A stretch of 64,000 nt of DNA, taken from contig NC_134036.1 of the NCBI RefSeq assembly GCF_964204645.1, positions 5,362,600 to 5,426,599 on the forward strand, given 5' to 3'. The notes below the pieces were generated by a model. It searched no databases. It had not been told where the DNA came from and worked only from the letters and a program-made list of their open reading frames with translations. This DNA is from Tubulanus polymorphus. Taxonomy: Eukaryota; Animalia; Nemertea. The position numbers and the translations under genes are program-made. Position 1 is the stretch's first letter; each line of letters starts with the position of its first letter. Positions 1-11,100 of the stretch are shown piece by piece.

Positions 1-1
1 G

Positions 2-2959
2 ATGAGTTCAACAAAAAATAACAAATCTTTGATACGGGAAAACATGTCAAAAGATAATAGTTGCACGGTTGGATGGTTACGTATGAATAAACAATGCTAT
101 CAAATACTGACAGACTGGAAAAATCATCGAGGTTTGGATATAAAAATTGCAACTGAGATGTGTCGAGACATCCGAGGTGAAATAGGCGAGATATTAACTG
201 GTTACACAGAAAAGAAAACTTCGAACTTGATAAGAACATTTCAATATCAACATCAATATAGCTCTATCCTAACGATGGCATCTAATGACCGACTGCAAGT
301 TATAAACCCAATAATCACTAGAGATGAAATTACTTATATTAAATCAGTCAAATGGACGACGAAACAGTTCGATAATGCGACAGATACAGCGCATTCTGTT
401 TTGTGTTCCTACAATGTAACTGTTGAAGAGTTAGCTTCTGTAAGCGGTTGTAAATCGTGGCAGTTTAAATGTAACGATCAAAGGTGTATCAGCGACCAAC
501 GCGTATGTGATACCAGACACGACTGTCAACACGGTGAAGATGAACTCAATTGTACGGATATCAATTTACACAGTCAGTTTCAATGCAAAGATAGTCAGAT
601 TATATCAATAAGTGGATTCTGTGATTTCATACAAGATTGTGCGGATGGTTCCGACGAGAAATCGTGTTTTCATCCCCCGTGTTTGTCCGGAGAATTCCGC
701 TGTATCAGTGGTCAATGCGTCATCAGGTCAAACAGATGTGACGGTGTTGCTAATTGTAAAGACGGATCAGATGAAATCGAATGCATTGCTGAAATGTGTC
801 AGGGGTTTCTGTGTAACAGTGGAGACTGTCTTAGTTCTCAGTTGTATCAGGATGGTGTCGTGGATTGTAGTGGAAGCCTTGAAGAAGATGAATTAGTAAC
901 AACTATTAATTTTACAGTGAATCCTACTGTTCTTTGTAATACTGAAAACGACTGTACGACTAACTTCACAAATCTCTGTACAGAATCTGATGAACAAAGA
1001 TGTTCTTTCGATTCTCCTCACTGTTATTCTAGACGTCACAGATGTATTCTAGAAAGAATGACGAATACTTTCCCAGTTTGTAGAAATCTTGAGCACGTAT
1101 TGAGATGTGAAGAATTCGAATGTCCAGCTGGTACTGTAAAATGCCCAGCATCGTACTGTATCCCGATCAGACAGGTGTGCGATGGTCAGTCGGATTGTCC
1201 TAATTCAGAAGATGAGCAAAACTGCGAGACATTTTCATGTCCAGGAATGTTTAAATGTGGCAACGAAAATAGATGTATTACACAATCTGAAGTTTGCGAT
1301 GGTGTCGTAAATTGTAAATATACAACTGATGACGAGGCTTTCTGTAACGTCACCTGTCTGAGAGGTTGTAAGTGTCAAGGTCATCTGACCGAGTGTAGAA
1401 ATACTGGTTTAACAAACATTACCGGTCTTTTCTCGGCATCAACTCGAGTTTTAATTTTGTCGAATAACGAAATTACCTTAGACATGTCGACATTCCTTTC
1501 ATATATCTATTTGCGCATGCTCAACATCTCCGCCAATGAATTGTCTTATATTTCACCTAAATCGTTCTCAAACCTGCATAATCTACATACATTAGATCTT
1601 ACACACAACAACATAACATCATTACCTGCAAAAACATTCATCGGTTTGTATAGTTTGAAAGAGTTATTGATTACTGAAAATCCAATACGTCATTTACACG
1701 ATGATACCTTCCAAGATTTGAAGTCACTTAAAGTTCTCGACCTTCACGAACTTTCGTTGTTGGTGCTTGGTAGAAACGTATTTCGAGGTTTATCTACATT
1801 ACAGTCGTTGAATATCAGCAATAACAGAATCCATCATATTTCGCTTTACGCATTTTCTGGATTAACTTCACTTGAAATTCTTGATATAACCAACAACTAC
1901 AAAGTTATTTCTGTCGACAGAAATGTTTTCAACAATCTGACATCATTGGTCTCCTTAAAGTCTGATGCTCACAAATTTTGCTGCATGTCTCCGAATGTTG
2001 ACCAGTGCCTACCGGAAGCTGATCAATTTTCCTCCTGTTCTGATCTGATGGGTAACACAGTCCTCAGAGCTATCATTTGGGTCATTGCTTCATTCAGTTC
2101 CATCGCTAACGGAATTGTCATTTCACTTCGCTTTCGAGCGATTCGATATTCCTTCTCAAATCCATCTTCAGATATCATCATCATTAATGTTGCTGTTTGT
2201 GATTTCATGATGTCTATATATTTGTTTCTGATCGCTGGAGCCGATTACATTTATTCTGGCATTTACTTTCTAAATTCGGAATTATGGATGGATAGTCCAT
2301 TTTGTCGTCTTGCTGGGATCACGGTGTCTATCTCTTGTGAAGGTTCATTGATATTTTTGCTCATCATGACACGTCATAGGTTCACAAATATCGTTAATCC
2401 ATTTTCAGGAAGTGCAATTACATCTCCTAGATATGTGTGCGCTATTTGCTGCACATCTTGGATTATTTTGTGTGCTATTGCATTGCTACCTCTAACACCT
2501 ATCCCTTACTTCGGAAACAATTTTTACGGTACAACCGGAGTTTGTTTACCTATGAATCTAATTTCAATCGATGTCAATGCCTGGCAATATTCATTCGCTA
2601 TTTTTTCATTATCCAACTCCTTCATACTTACTACGATAATGGCGACTTATGCGCAAATGTACCGACTCGTTTCAGGAAGCAGGTCTGGTTCTGGTAGAAT
2701 TGACCCTACAGAACTGATTTTGGCACGTCGGAGTTTGGTGATTAATCTTTGTAATTTATTTTGCTGGCTGCCGTTAATTATCGTTCAGTTTTGCGCGGTA
2801 TTTCGGGTTGAAATACCGAATCAGGTGGCGGCTTGGCTGGCGGTTCTTTTTTTACCGATCAACTCGTCCCTCAATCCCCTTCTTTACACAATACTGACTA
2901 TCGATATGAAATCCATACGAGCAAAAACTAAACGCAGGCAACATCGAACGAATAAATGA
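2..2959 (+). CDS. GRL101-like: Copy 1, 5'-truncated by the window (terminal exon only): GRL101-like LDLa-LRR-7TM GPCR
   Basis: Degenerate CTLD, LDLa repeats (CDTRHDCQHGEDELNC, CDGQSDCPNSEDEQNC), LRRNT, LRRs, hinge KFCC...DQFSSCSDLM, and 7TM with CWLP and LPINSSLNPLLY. Homologous to exon 3 of the downstream copies. Confidence 0.93.
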   Translation: MSSTKNNKSLIRENMSKDNSCTVGWLRMNKQCYQILTDWKNHRGLDIKIATEMCRDIRGEIGEILTGYTEKKTSNLIRTFQYQHQYSSILTMASNDRLQVINPIITRDEITYIKSVKWTTKQFDNATDTAHSVLCSYNVTVEELASVSGCKSWQFKCNDQRCISDQRVCDTRHDCQHGEDELNCTDINLHSQFQCKDSQIISISGFCDFIQDCADGSDEKSCFHPPCLSGEFRCISGQCVIRSNRCDGVANCKDGSDEIECIAEMCQGFLCNSGDCLSSQLYQDGVVDCSGSLEEDELVTTINFTVNPTVLCNTENDCTTNFTNLCTESDEQRCSFDSPHCYSRRHRCILERMTNTFPVCRNLEHVLRCEEFECPAGTVKCPASYCIPIRQVCDGQSDCPNSEDEQNCETFSCPGMFKCGNENRCITQSEVCDGVVNCKYTTDDEAFCNVTCLRGCKCQGHLTECRNTGLTNITGLFSASTRVLILSNNEITLDMSTFLSYIYLRMLNISANELSYISPKSFSNLHNLHTLDLTHNNITSLPAKTFIGLYSLKELLITENPIRHLHDDTFQDLKSLKVLDLHELSLLVLGRNVFRGLSTLQSLNISNNRIHHISLYAFSGLTSLEILDITNNYKVISVDRNVFNNLTSLVSLKSDAHKFCCMSPNVDQCLPEADQFSSCSDLMGNTVLRAIIWVIASFSSIANGIVISLRFRAIRYSFSNPSSDIIIINVAVCDFMMSIYLFLIAGADYIYSGIYFLNSELWMDSPFCRLAGITVSISCEGSLIFLLIMTRHRFTNIVNPFSGSAITSPRYVCAICCTSWIILCAIALLPLTPIPYFGNNFYGTTGVCLPMNLISIDVNAWQYSFAIFSLSNSFILTTIMATYAQMYRLVSGSRSGSGRIDPTELILARRSLVINLCNLFCWLPLIIVQFCAVFRVEIPNQVAAWLAVLFLPINSSLNPLLYTILTIDMKSIRAKTKRRQHRTNK

Positions 2960-4840
2960 AATAGCGCAGAGTGGTTGGTATATATCGCCAGTCAAAACGA
3001 TCTTTCGATTTAATTTTCTGTCGGGGATATTTTATGATAAATCATCATTCTATACACTATACACCCCCTCCCTCTCATTTTTGCGTTGTTCACTTTTCAC
3101 AGTTTTTTTTCGCATGCAATAAATTTGTTACATGTATTCAATTACTGGATATCATTAACGTGTCAATACGTGCAATGGATGTATGGAGTATTAAGCGTTA
3201 CACACGGGTTACAGCTTTCAATTCGGGTCGCTGTATCTCCTATACACTCAACACTCAATTGAAACACTCCTGGTTGAAAGTATTTCAGTACTGACCATAC
3301 CCACAGTACCGTACCCACAGTAGGGCACTATAGCAGGTAACAAAAAATATATGTTCATGCTTAATATATGGGCACCTGGGTGACCTACATAATAAATAAT
3401 AAAATGCGAATATCCTACCAATTGCTATACATAGCCTGTTATTCTTTTCTGCAGTGTGTTCTGATGATTATCTGAGAATTTGATGGTAAAATTTCCCGTT
3501 TGGCGAAAACATTATGGCTGATTTAATGTAGCAAGGTAGTCATTGCAATTAGAGAAATATACCAAATAATATTGATCGAAACGTCTGTAGGTGCATAGTA
3601 GCTGAAATACTCAAGGTTTTGCGATAGATGGCGCATTGGTATCAAGTAGATCCTCTACGAAAATGCGAGTCACCGGTGACCGCGTACCATGTTACGAAAG
3701 GGTTGAATGTATCTTTCATCATTATCGTTGAAGATAGACTAAACAGTTCGATAAAAGTACGAAGGCATATTTTGAAAGACTGAATATATTTGATGTCATT
3801 TTCGAGAAGTGCGCTCCCGGACACTGGTTTAATCCCGATAGTTATGATCAATCGATCCGATTCTTACGCAGGATATTTTAAATTTCTGGTTCGGTTCGAA
3901 ATCCTGGCTCAGTAGATACGTCAAACCTGGTACTCGATACCACAGTTCGAAACCCGTCTTTGTATAAAGTGCGCACATAGTTTATATCCGAAACGTTGTT
4001 TGAATTCATGAAATAAAAGCAAATCTCAATTTGTGTTTAATGTTGTTGTATTTACTGCGTGTTTTATTGGACAGTTTTTCCCTACCAATCAGTTCTTTTT
4101 CTCTATTATTTAAAGTCATTAACGCGAATTTAGACGATTTCACTAAGTGGTAACCGTTTGATTTGATCCATCGCTGGTCACAGAGACAATTAAGACGAAA
4201 CTATTATGAATACATCCAAATATGAAATTAAATGCGTAATAACAGATTTTTACAAAATAGCTCTATCGGTTAAACTGCAGCGTCGATAATGTAATGCGTC
4301 GCGATTATCAAGGTTTAAGAGTACATTCAATATAGAAATAGTTTAAATCTGCACAAATCAACTACTTAACCGGGTATTAATGGGGTATTAGTTGCGTTCT
4401 AAGATGAAAAGTTCCCGATCAGTGAGGCACATTGTGTGTTACGTGTATTATGAAAGTGTTCTTTTGTCGGAATATTACGTCCACCCGTTTCTATAAGGAG
4501 ACTATATGATTGCTATGTCATTGAATATGTCTCATTCTTACAAATTTTGAAATTATCAAATATGCTTTTATCTGTTAAAAAAGGGCGTCCTTACGACCGT
4601 CAGGGGCTCGTACTTTAACATGATATCGTGTGTATTGTAAGCCTTTAGGCGGGTTTTACTAAAGATGATAATATGAAAAACTACTCCGAAACTCACTAAG
4701 TAACGGTTTAGGTTCCAGCAATAAAAATACATGAAGCGGGATAAGATTTTCTAGTGAAAATTTTGTTTGATTTCAAGGAATCCTAGTGATTTTACCCGCT
4801 ATTGAATGAAACGCTAGACATATTTCAGACCACGACTTCA

Positions 4841-4994
4841 GGGGCCGGTTCCTTAGTTAAAATAGACCACAGACCTGTTTAAGTTAACATTAATTCTATA
4901 GTCAATCAAACGACTTTAGAATAAAATACATATTTAATTGCAAATGCTGTTAAGACAACTTTCGGACTTAAGTCTCGCCTTTGGAACCGGCACC
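4841..4994. mobile_element. MITE-like element B (~154 bp), spacer 1
   Basis: Termini GGGGCCGGTTCC...GGAACCGGCACC form an imperfect 12-bp TIR around an AT-rich interior. Orthologous copies occur in all four long spacers. Confidence 0.55.
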
Positions 4995-6309
4995 GTGAAA
5001 ATAAAATCAATTCATGATCAAATGTATCAGAATTTGTATGCTCACCTTTTCGTGCGCTATCCACGCGGCACTAGTCGACTCAAGCTATCACCGCAACAAA
5101 CCGCTAGATGTTCATATCGTTGTTCATATTTTCTGGCAAAAACGTTATTTGCCTTCCTCGCATTATGCATATGAAATCCATCCTGGAAAATGACGTCTTT
5201 CTCAAATTGCTAACGAGATTTCAATTCTGAAAACGTAATAAAACAGTTCGCTTTGAGTGATACAATTTTGCTAAAGCCTACGATGCCGTGGTCTTTTTTC
5301 GAAGCGCTAGTATTTCTTAAAAGTACTGGAGACGATTTCCTTTAGCTCTAATACAGAATTGACTCTCCATATAGATTTGTTCGCCATAAGAAAATTGACT
5401 GACAGAGCTTTAGAGTGTAGACGGTTTTTTATTGTTTCGAGTCTGTTGAGTGTTGACCAATGGGAAGAGCGACTACTCATGTAAAGTAGTAGTACACTTC
5501 TTGCCAGCCTAATAAGGCTCGGGTGTTCCCCGAAATATTTTCCTTTACCTTTTCCTATCCCATTAAGGCTAGCTTAAAATTTTCGCAATTTTTCAATAGC
5601 GATAATGAAGCTCAAGAAATCTCAGGATAAAAAATGAATCTACCCATACAGGTGCAAAAAGTGTTTAATATTGTTACCTAGAATAAATCATCTGTTGATT
5701 TCAATACACTTCAGAAGCTAGCGGAGAAAAAGGAAAATCAAATCTTCTATATCGGAAACTGAGTCGGGAGTAAAATAATAAATTCTTCTTTAGCTATTTT
5801 CTCTACTGACCCTAGAACATTAAGGAATCTTATTCCAATGCAAATAGGCTCGGCAGCTTTACCTACAAATTATTAATCATATTCTATGAACTCAGTAAGC
5901 ATTCCTTATATGTTACATATTTAGACATACTGTACATTTTACCATGTATTTGTAAACAGTTGTTGTTAGAAAAGGATAAATAAAGTTGTTGATATATTTT
6001 GGTTTAAGCTTCCCAGGTGGTTTTTCAAATACTATCACCGTTGAAACACGCATCTGACCATTATACGAATCCATTGACATGAATGGATCAATTGAACATA
6101 TATGTCAGCAAGTTTCATTGAAAGTACTGTGAAATTTCTCTTCATGACTGCATTTATTTCGTTATAACTTTTGAAACGAACTACACAGTCAGGAGGCTAT
6201 ATTATGCGGACGTTCCGCACTAAGGCACCTGATTTTTTACATGCTCTCAACGGGCAAAGTTTCAAATTTTAAAAAATCTATTTACTTTAAGATGCACTAG
6301 TTCGAAACT

Positions 6310-7083
6310 TTATTTTGTGTTCCAATCACAAGGTAAGGCATGGAATTCTCTAGAAAATACCTAATGCAGATAATTTAATTTGACCGAATACAATTCTTTT
6401 TCATCGCGAAATCGAAAATGTACCGTTAATTCAGTCGTTTTGAAAAGAAAGGAACTTTCTTTTGTTTTCATCACAAGGTAAGGCATGGAATTCTCTAGAA
6501 TATAACTAATGCAGCAGATATTTAGATTTGACCGAATACAATTCTTTTCATCGAGAAATCGAACATGTGCTGTTAATTCAGTCCTTTTCAAATTATACAA
6601 CTCAGGATTGGTGAATCTAGATCCAATTTGTTGAAAGAAAATTCCTACGCAATAAATGTGGAAAAAATAGACGTTGCTCAACATTTCGTGAAACTTCATC
6701 CGAATTCGTTTCACCCCCGCATAAGATGCCACATGCATAAAATCTGCGAAAATATTTCGTGTGTCCTCTACGGAAATCCATGGACCTAATATTACAGATT
6801 GTGTTAAACGATATTGAGTTTGATTCACGTTTCATATTTTAGATATTGATCAAATCATTAACCAGCAATATATATGAAAATGTAATTACTTGCGCTATCC
6901 CCGAAGAGGGGAAAATGTAACTCCTCAAAACGTTTGCTAGAATAAATTCATATACTCATTAGAAATTGAGATTTTTACGGTTTTTGCTTCTATGGATTTT
7001 CGACTATTTGATCTCTCTACCCAAGATCTATATCAACAGCGGTTTCGATGTTAATAAGTTTTAACGTTGCTATATACGTAGGT

Positions 7084-7174
<91 letters not shown>

Positions 7175-8030
7175 GTTGAGGGATACATGATACACAGTGA
7201 GAACTGCTGTCGTGTTCAGAAAGCTAGTTTTACAGTTTTTACAGTAACTGCCTCGAGGCGTTTTACATCACGCGCCTTGCTGAAATATCTATTCAGCATC
7301 TAAGTCATACATTCGATTCTAGAAAATGTCGAGATATGCACAACATTTGAAATACGCGTGACCTATATATGTAGTTAAGCTAGCCATATCTGCTATATAG
7401 CTTTAGATCTAGCGCAATAATCAGATTAAGGATATCTTTGAAAGTAAAGAAACTTTCTTTTGTGTTCCAATAACAAGGTAAGGCATGGAATGCTCTAGAC
7501 AAAACATAATGCAGATATTTTGATTTGACCGAATACAATTCTTTTTCATCGCGAAATCGAAAATGTACCGTTAATTCAGTCCTTTTGAAATTACACAACT
7601 CAGGATTGGTGTACCTACATCCAACTCGTCGAAGAAAATTCCTACGTAATTAATGTGGAAAAAATAGCCGTTGCTCAACATTTCGTGAAATTTCGTCCGA
7701 ATTCGTTTCGCCCACAAAAAATGTCACATGCATTCAAGATGCGCATATATTTTGTGTCCTCTCTACGAAACTATATGGGCCTCATATTAGACATTAGTGT
7801 TCAAACATACTGCGTTTGCTTCACGTTTCATATTCTAAATATTAATCAAATCGATACCAATATGATATTAAAAAATTCAATCCCTCGCGCTATGACCGAT
7901 GAGGGAAAATGTAACTCCCGAAACGTTTGCTATAGAATAAATTCATATACTCATTAGAAAATCAAGATTTGTACTGTTTTTGCTTCCATTGATTTTTGAC
8001 AATTTCAACTCTCCACCCAAGATCAGAATC
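6310..8030 (+). repeat. Internal duplication of the upstream block in spacer 1
   Basis: CAAGGTAAGGCATGGAA(T/TG)CTCTAG occurs three times (~6329, ~6473, ~7474). 6470-7080 and 7470-8030 are diverged copies of each other, separated by the (TA)n. Confidence 0.75.
7088..7171. repeat. (TA)n microsatellite, ~42 units
   Basis: Pure TA run. Confidence 0.95.
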
Positions 8031-8104
8031 AACTTTCTAAACATTCAATCATCTCTTCCATCTGGTTTCGTTCGACGGTACGAATTTTACGGATTTCGAC
8101 GGAG

Positions 8105-8194
8105 CGAATTTTCTGATTGGACGAGATTGGATCGTGCTCCAACCAATAAACGATTCCGTCAAACTTGACGGATTTCATTCATTCTGTCGCAGTG
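8105..8194 (+). promoter_or_regulatory. Putative TATA-less core promoter of copy 2 (CCAAT boxes plus Inr-like TCATTC)
   Basis: ATTGG at 8116 and 8126, CCAAT at 8143, TCATTC at ~8175-8184. The block is conserved upstream of every copy. Confidence 0.55.
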
Positions 8195-11100
8195 ATGTTG
8201 TTCGGTATGGAGCAGCGACTGAGAGCGCTGTTTATAGCGACGCTGATCGTCTGTCAAGTTCACATCGCGCGCACCGATCGAGCCGACTCTATCGAGGAAT
8301 CGTCTGTGACGGTAAGTTCGTCTTGTAACAACACGTGGTACCCGCTAGATTCTACGTCCGGTTACATCGTTTCACCGAATTACCCGGCGTTAACGCGCGG
8401 TGTTGAATGTCGTTGGTTCATCAACAGCTCTTTACCTAAGACTTTCAACGTCCAAGTTTACTACAACATCGAACCGTCAATATTCTGTAGTGATAACTAC
8501 TTTCTCGTCTACGAGTATGATAACAGATTGTGCGGCGATGGAAAATATGAAATCCGCCGTAACGATTCGATCTCGTTGATGTTTAGGAGTAACGTCGATG
8601 GTGCGCGAGGTAGTCTGGTTTATATCACATATCGTTATGAACGAAGCCGATTGAGAATCAGTCATAACGGCAGGAAATATAATTGCGATTTGAATAAATT
8701 GCAAACGTCGGAGGGATACAAATACAAAATAAAAAGGCTAGTGGGTTGCCGGTTGTACCTGGAATGGATCGGGATGCCTGATGGTTTTGCTCTTAACTTG
8801 ACTTTTACAAAATTAGATTACAGAATATCCTCTCTCATTGCACCAATAACAGTCAACGACGGATCGAACATCAGCAGTGAACCTATAGGTATTATACGAG
8901 AACAAACCGGATATCCACCTTCGTCATTTTATACTAAAACAAATAAAGCCATAATCTCGTCGCTACATCGCCCAAGGGTGTTTCGATCGCAGCTTTTAGT
9001 TCAGAAGTACAAAATATCAGATTGGAACGTTTCTAATCCGTTGATTCAGATCTCTAATAACGAGTCGGGAGTGCTTATACCCGATGACAACAGTTTACAC
9101 GTGATAACTCGATCAAAACACTTACACTGCTGGTCCATCACAGTGCAGGTGTTACAGTACGTCGTCTTCAACTGGACACGTGATCTAGTCTCGTCCGGTG
9201 ACGTCATCGGTGTATATATACAAGAAGGGCTACGCTTTGTGGGAACTGATATCTTACTCGGATACAACTACATGGAATCACTGAGTGTCAAATCTGACGG
9301 CTTTCTTGTTGTACTATGCGCTCTGAAAGCTACACTTCACGATAATGTAACATTTGAAATAAACTATAAAAAAGAATTTATTTCGATGGAGAACATAAAG
9401 GTCTTCAACCCTCGGGTGAGTTAAATGCGTGAAATTATTTTACTCCGTATCAAAATAATTGAAGTAAACAAATATTTATGATGCACTTAAAATGGGCTTT
9501 TTATGTCTAGGTATCGGTGAACGCAATGTGGTCCATGACGCCGTTCATGCTGTTTCCAACACGAGCAAAGCTCTATTTGAATTATCGCATCAATAGATGC
9601 GAGTTTAAATGGAAAACTGAGATTTATGAACAGAATATGGAACTAACAGTTTTATCAGAGAACTGCGAGCGAGCTGGATTTTACATATTCGACGGTGGTA
9701 ATTTCACGGCTAGACGATACGGTCCGTATTGTCCTCGTTTATGGAGATACGGCCGTAACGTCGTCAGTCTGATTACATCAGGTGGATCGGTTACTGTAGT
9801 GGGATACGCTTATAACTGGGATGATCAATTAACAGTTGATAAGAAATCACGCCTCACATTTCGTACTACCGACTGTGATGGGTATGTCTTAAAGGAGGGA
9901 GAACGTCGGATCAACACGTCGTCTGACTGCGTTTCGATAACACCTGAAAACCGACGCCTTCCGTTAAAAAACATTTACATTTGGTCCAAACACGAATATC
10001 TACTTGATTCTTGTATTGTCGATGAAAGGTTCCACACCAGTAGGTGCATGTTTCGACTCAACTTCCATTCTACCAATAACGGACTTGTTTTACAAACGGT
10101 GGATTTTAGGTATGTAAGACCCTTCCGCGTGGAGCCGTTGTTTGTGAAACTACGCCGTAAATGTATGACATTGAAAACGCCCGATAAGCTCACAGATATA
10201 ACATGGCACACACCGGAATGCGGGTTAGTGCAGTCAATGAACTATCCCGGACCAGAATTCGACGAATCAGTCCGTAGAAAATACACTTTAGAATTCAGAC
10301 CTAATCTGTTACAGATTCGATTTTACAGATTCGTTTTCAAATACATTCAGGTAATACCCTGCGAGAAATCGTCCCGGAGAGATAGGGATCCTATTTTGTT
10401 TATACAAAATATATATCATTACATAACTACCGGGCGTGTAGAGACTCAATACACAACAACAATATGCGGTAAAATGGCCGTATTGGGAACTGTATTTTAT
10501 AGCTTGCATCACAAGATGCACTGGTTTCAGGTGGAAAATAATATACCCACATTTCAAATACAATACACCGTTATACGGTCTTTACAAGCGACACAGTTTG
10601 AAAATGTCTGTAAATCAGGATTTCTAGATTCGGGACTTTCCTGCGTAAAATACATCAGAGATGAACGTTTGAATTGGGAGAATGCTGAATTGTATTGTAG
10701 ACAGAAGTACGCGGGACATCTACTCAGTATCAACTCGGAACAGGAAATGATTCACATTAAAATATTATTCGCTACAAAGTTTCTTCAAAAGGCGTATTCA
10801 CAAAAAGCGCTCATAATGATGATTGGATTAAAACTGCAGGTAAATTTCAAAACCGTTGTTAAGTTCTATTTTTGTAAATATATTGTTCCAGAAGTTTATG
10901 CTTTTTTGTTTCGTAGCCCAATACCGGTTATTACACGTGGTCAGATGGGAAACCATTAAGCTACACAGAGTGGTATAAACCTACAAATAACGACACGATA
11001 CCAGAAGTTATTCAAGGATTGATATCTCCTCTCAGAAAACAACCGATCAATGACGTCAATATGCCGTGCACAGCGATGATACTGAATAATCCACGAGGAT

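Noticed and set aside
612-896. Alternate-frame and antisense ORFs overlapping the receptor exons (e.g. 612-896, 11809-12093, 42362-42676, 51950-52336)
   Set aside because: Shadows of conserved coding sequence, with variable endpoints and no independent protein features.
2971-7957. Small spacer ORFs recurring between spacers (e.g. 2971-3294, 4938-5174, 6361-6828, 7655-7957, 55737-55943, 57592-57828)
   Set aside because: They recur because the spacers are duplicated. Frames and lengths break between paralogues, and no domain is recognisable.
8165-8194. TTG/GTG starts in the ORF track (8165, 9517, 11019, 28532, 31258, 42819, 62120 etc.)
   Set aside because: Artefacts of prokaryotic-style start calling; the real boundaries are the conserved ATGs and splice acceptors.
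8134-8328. Conserved 64-aa overlapping uORF (also 28501-28695, 39970-40164)
   Set aside because: It starts inside the CCAAT region, lacks an ATG start in some copies and is frameshifted in copy 3. Its conservation follows from overlap with the promoter and leader.
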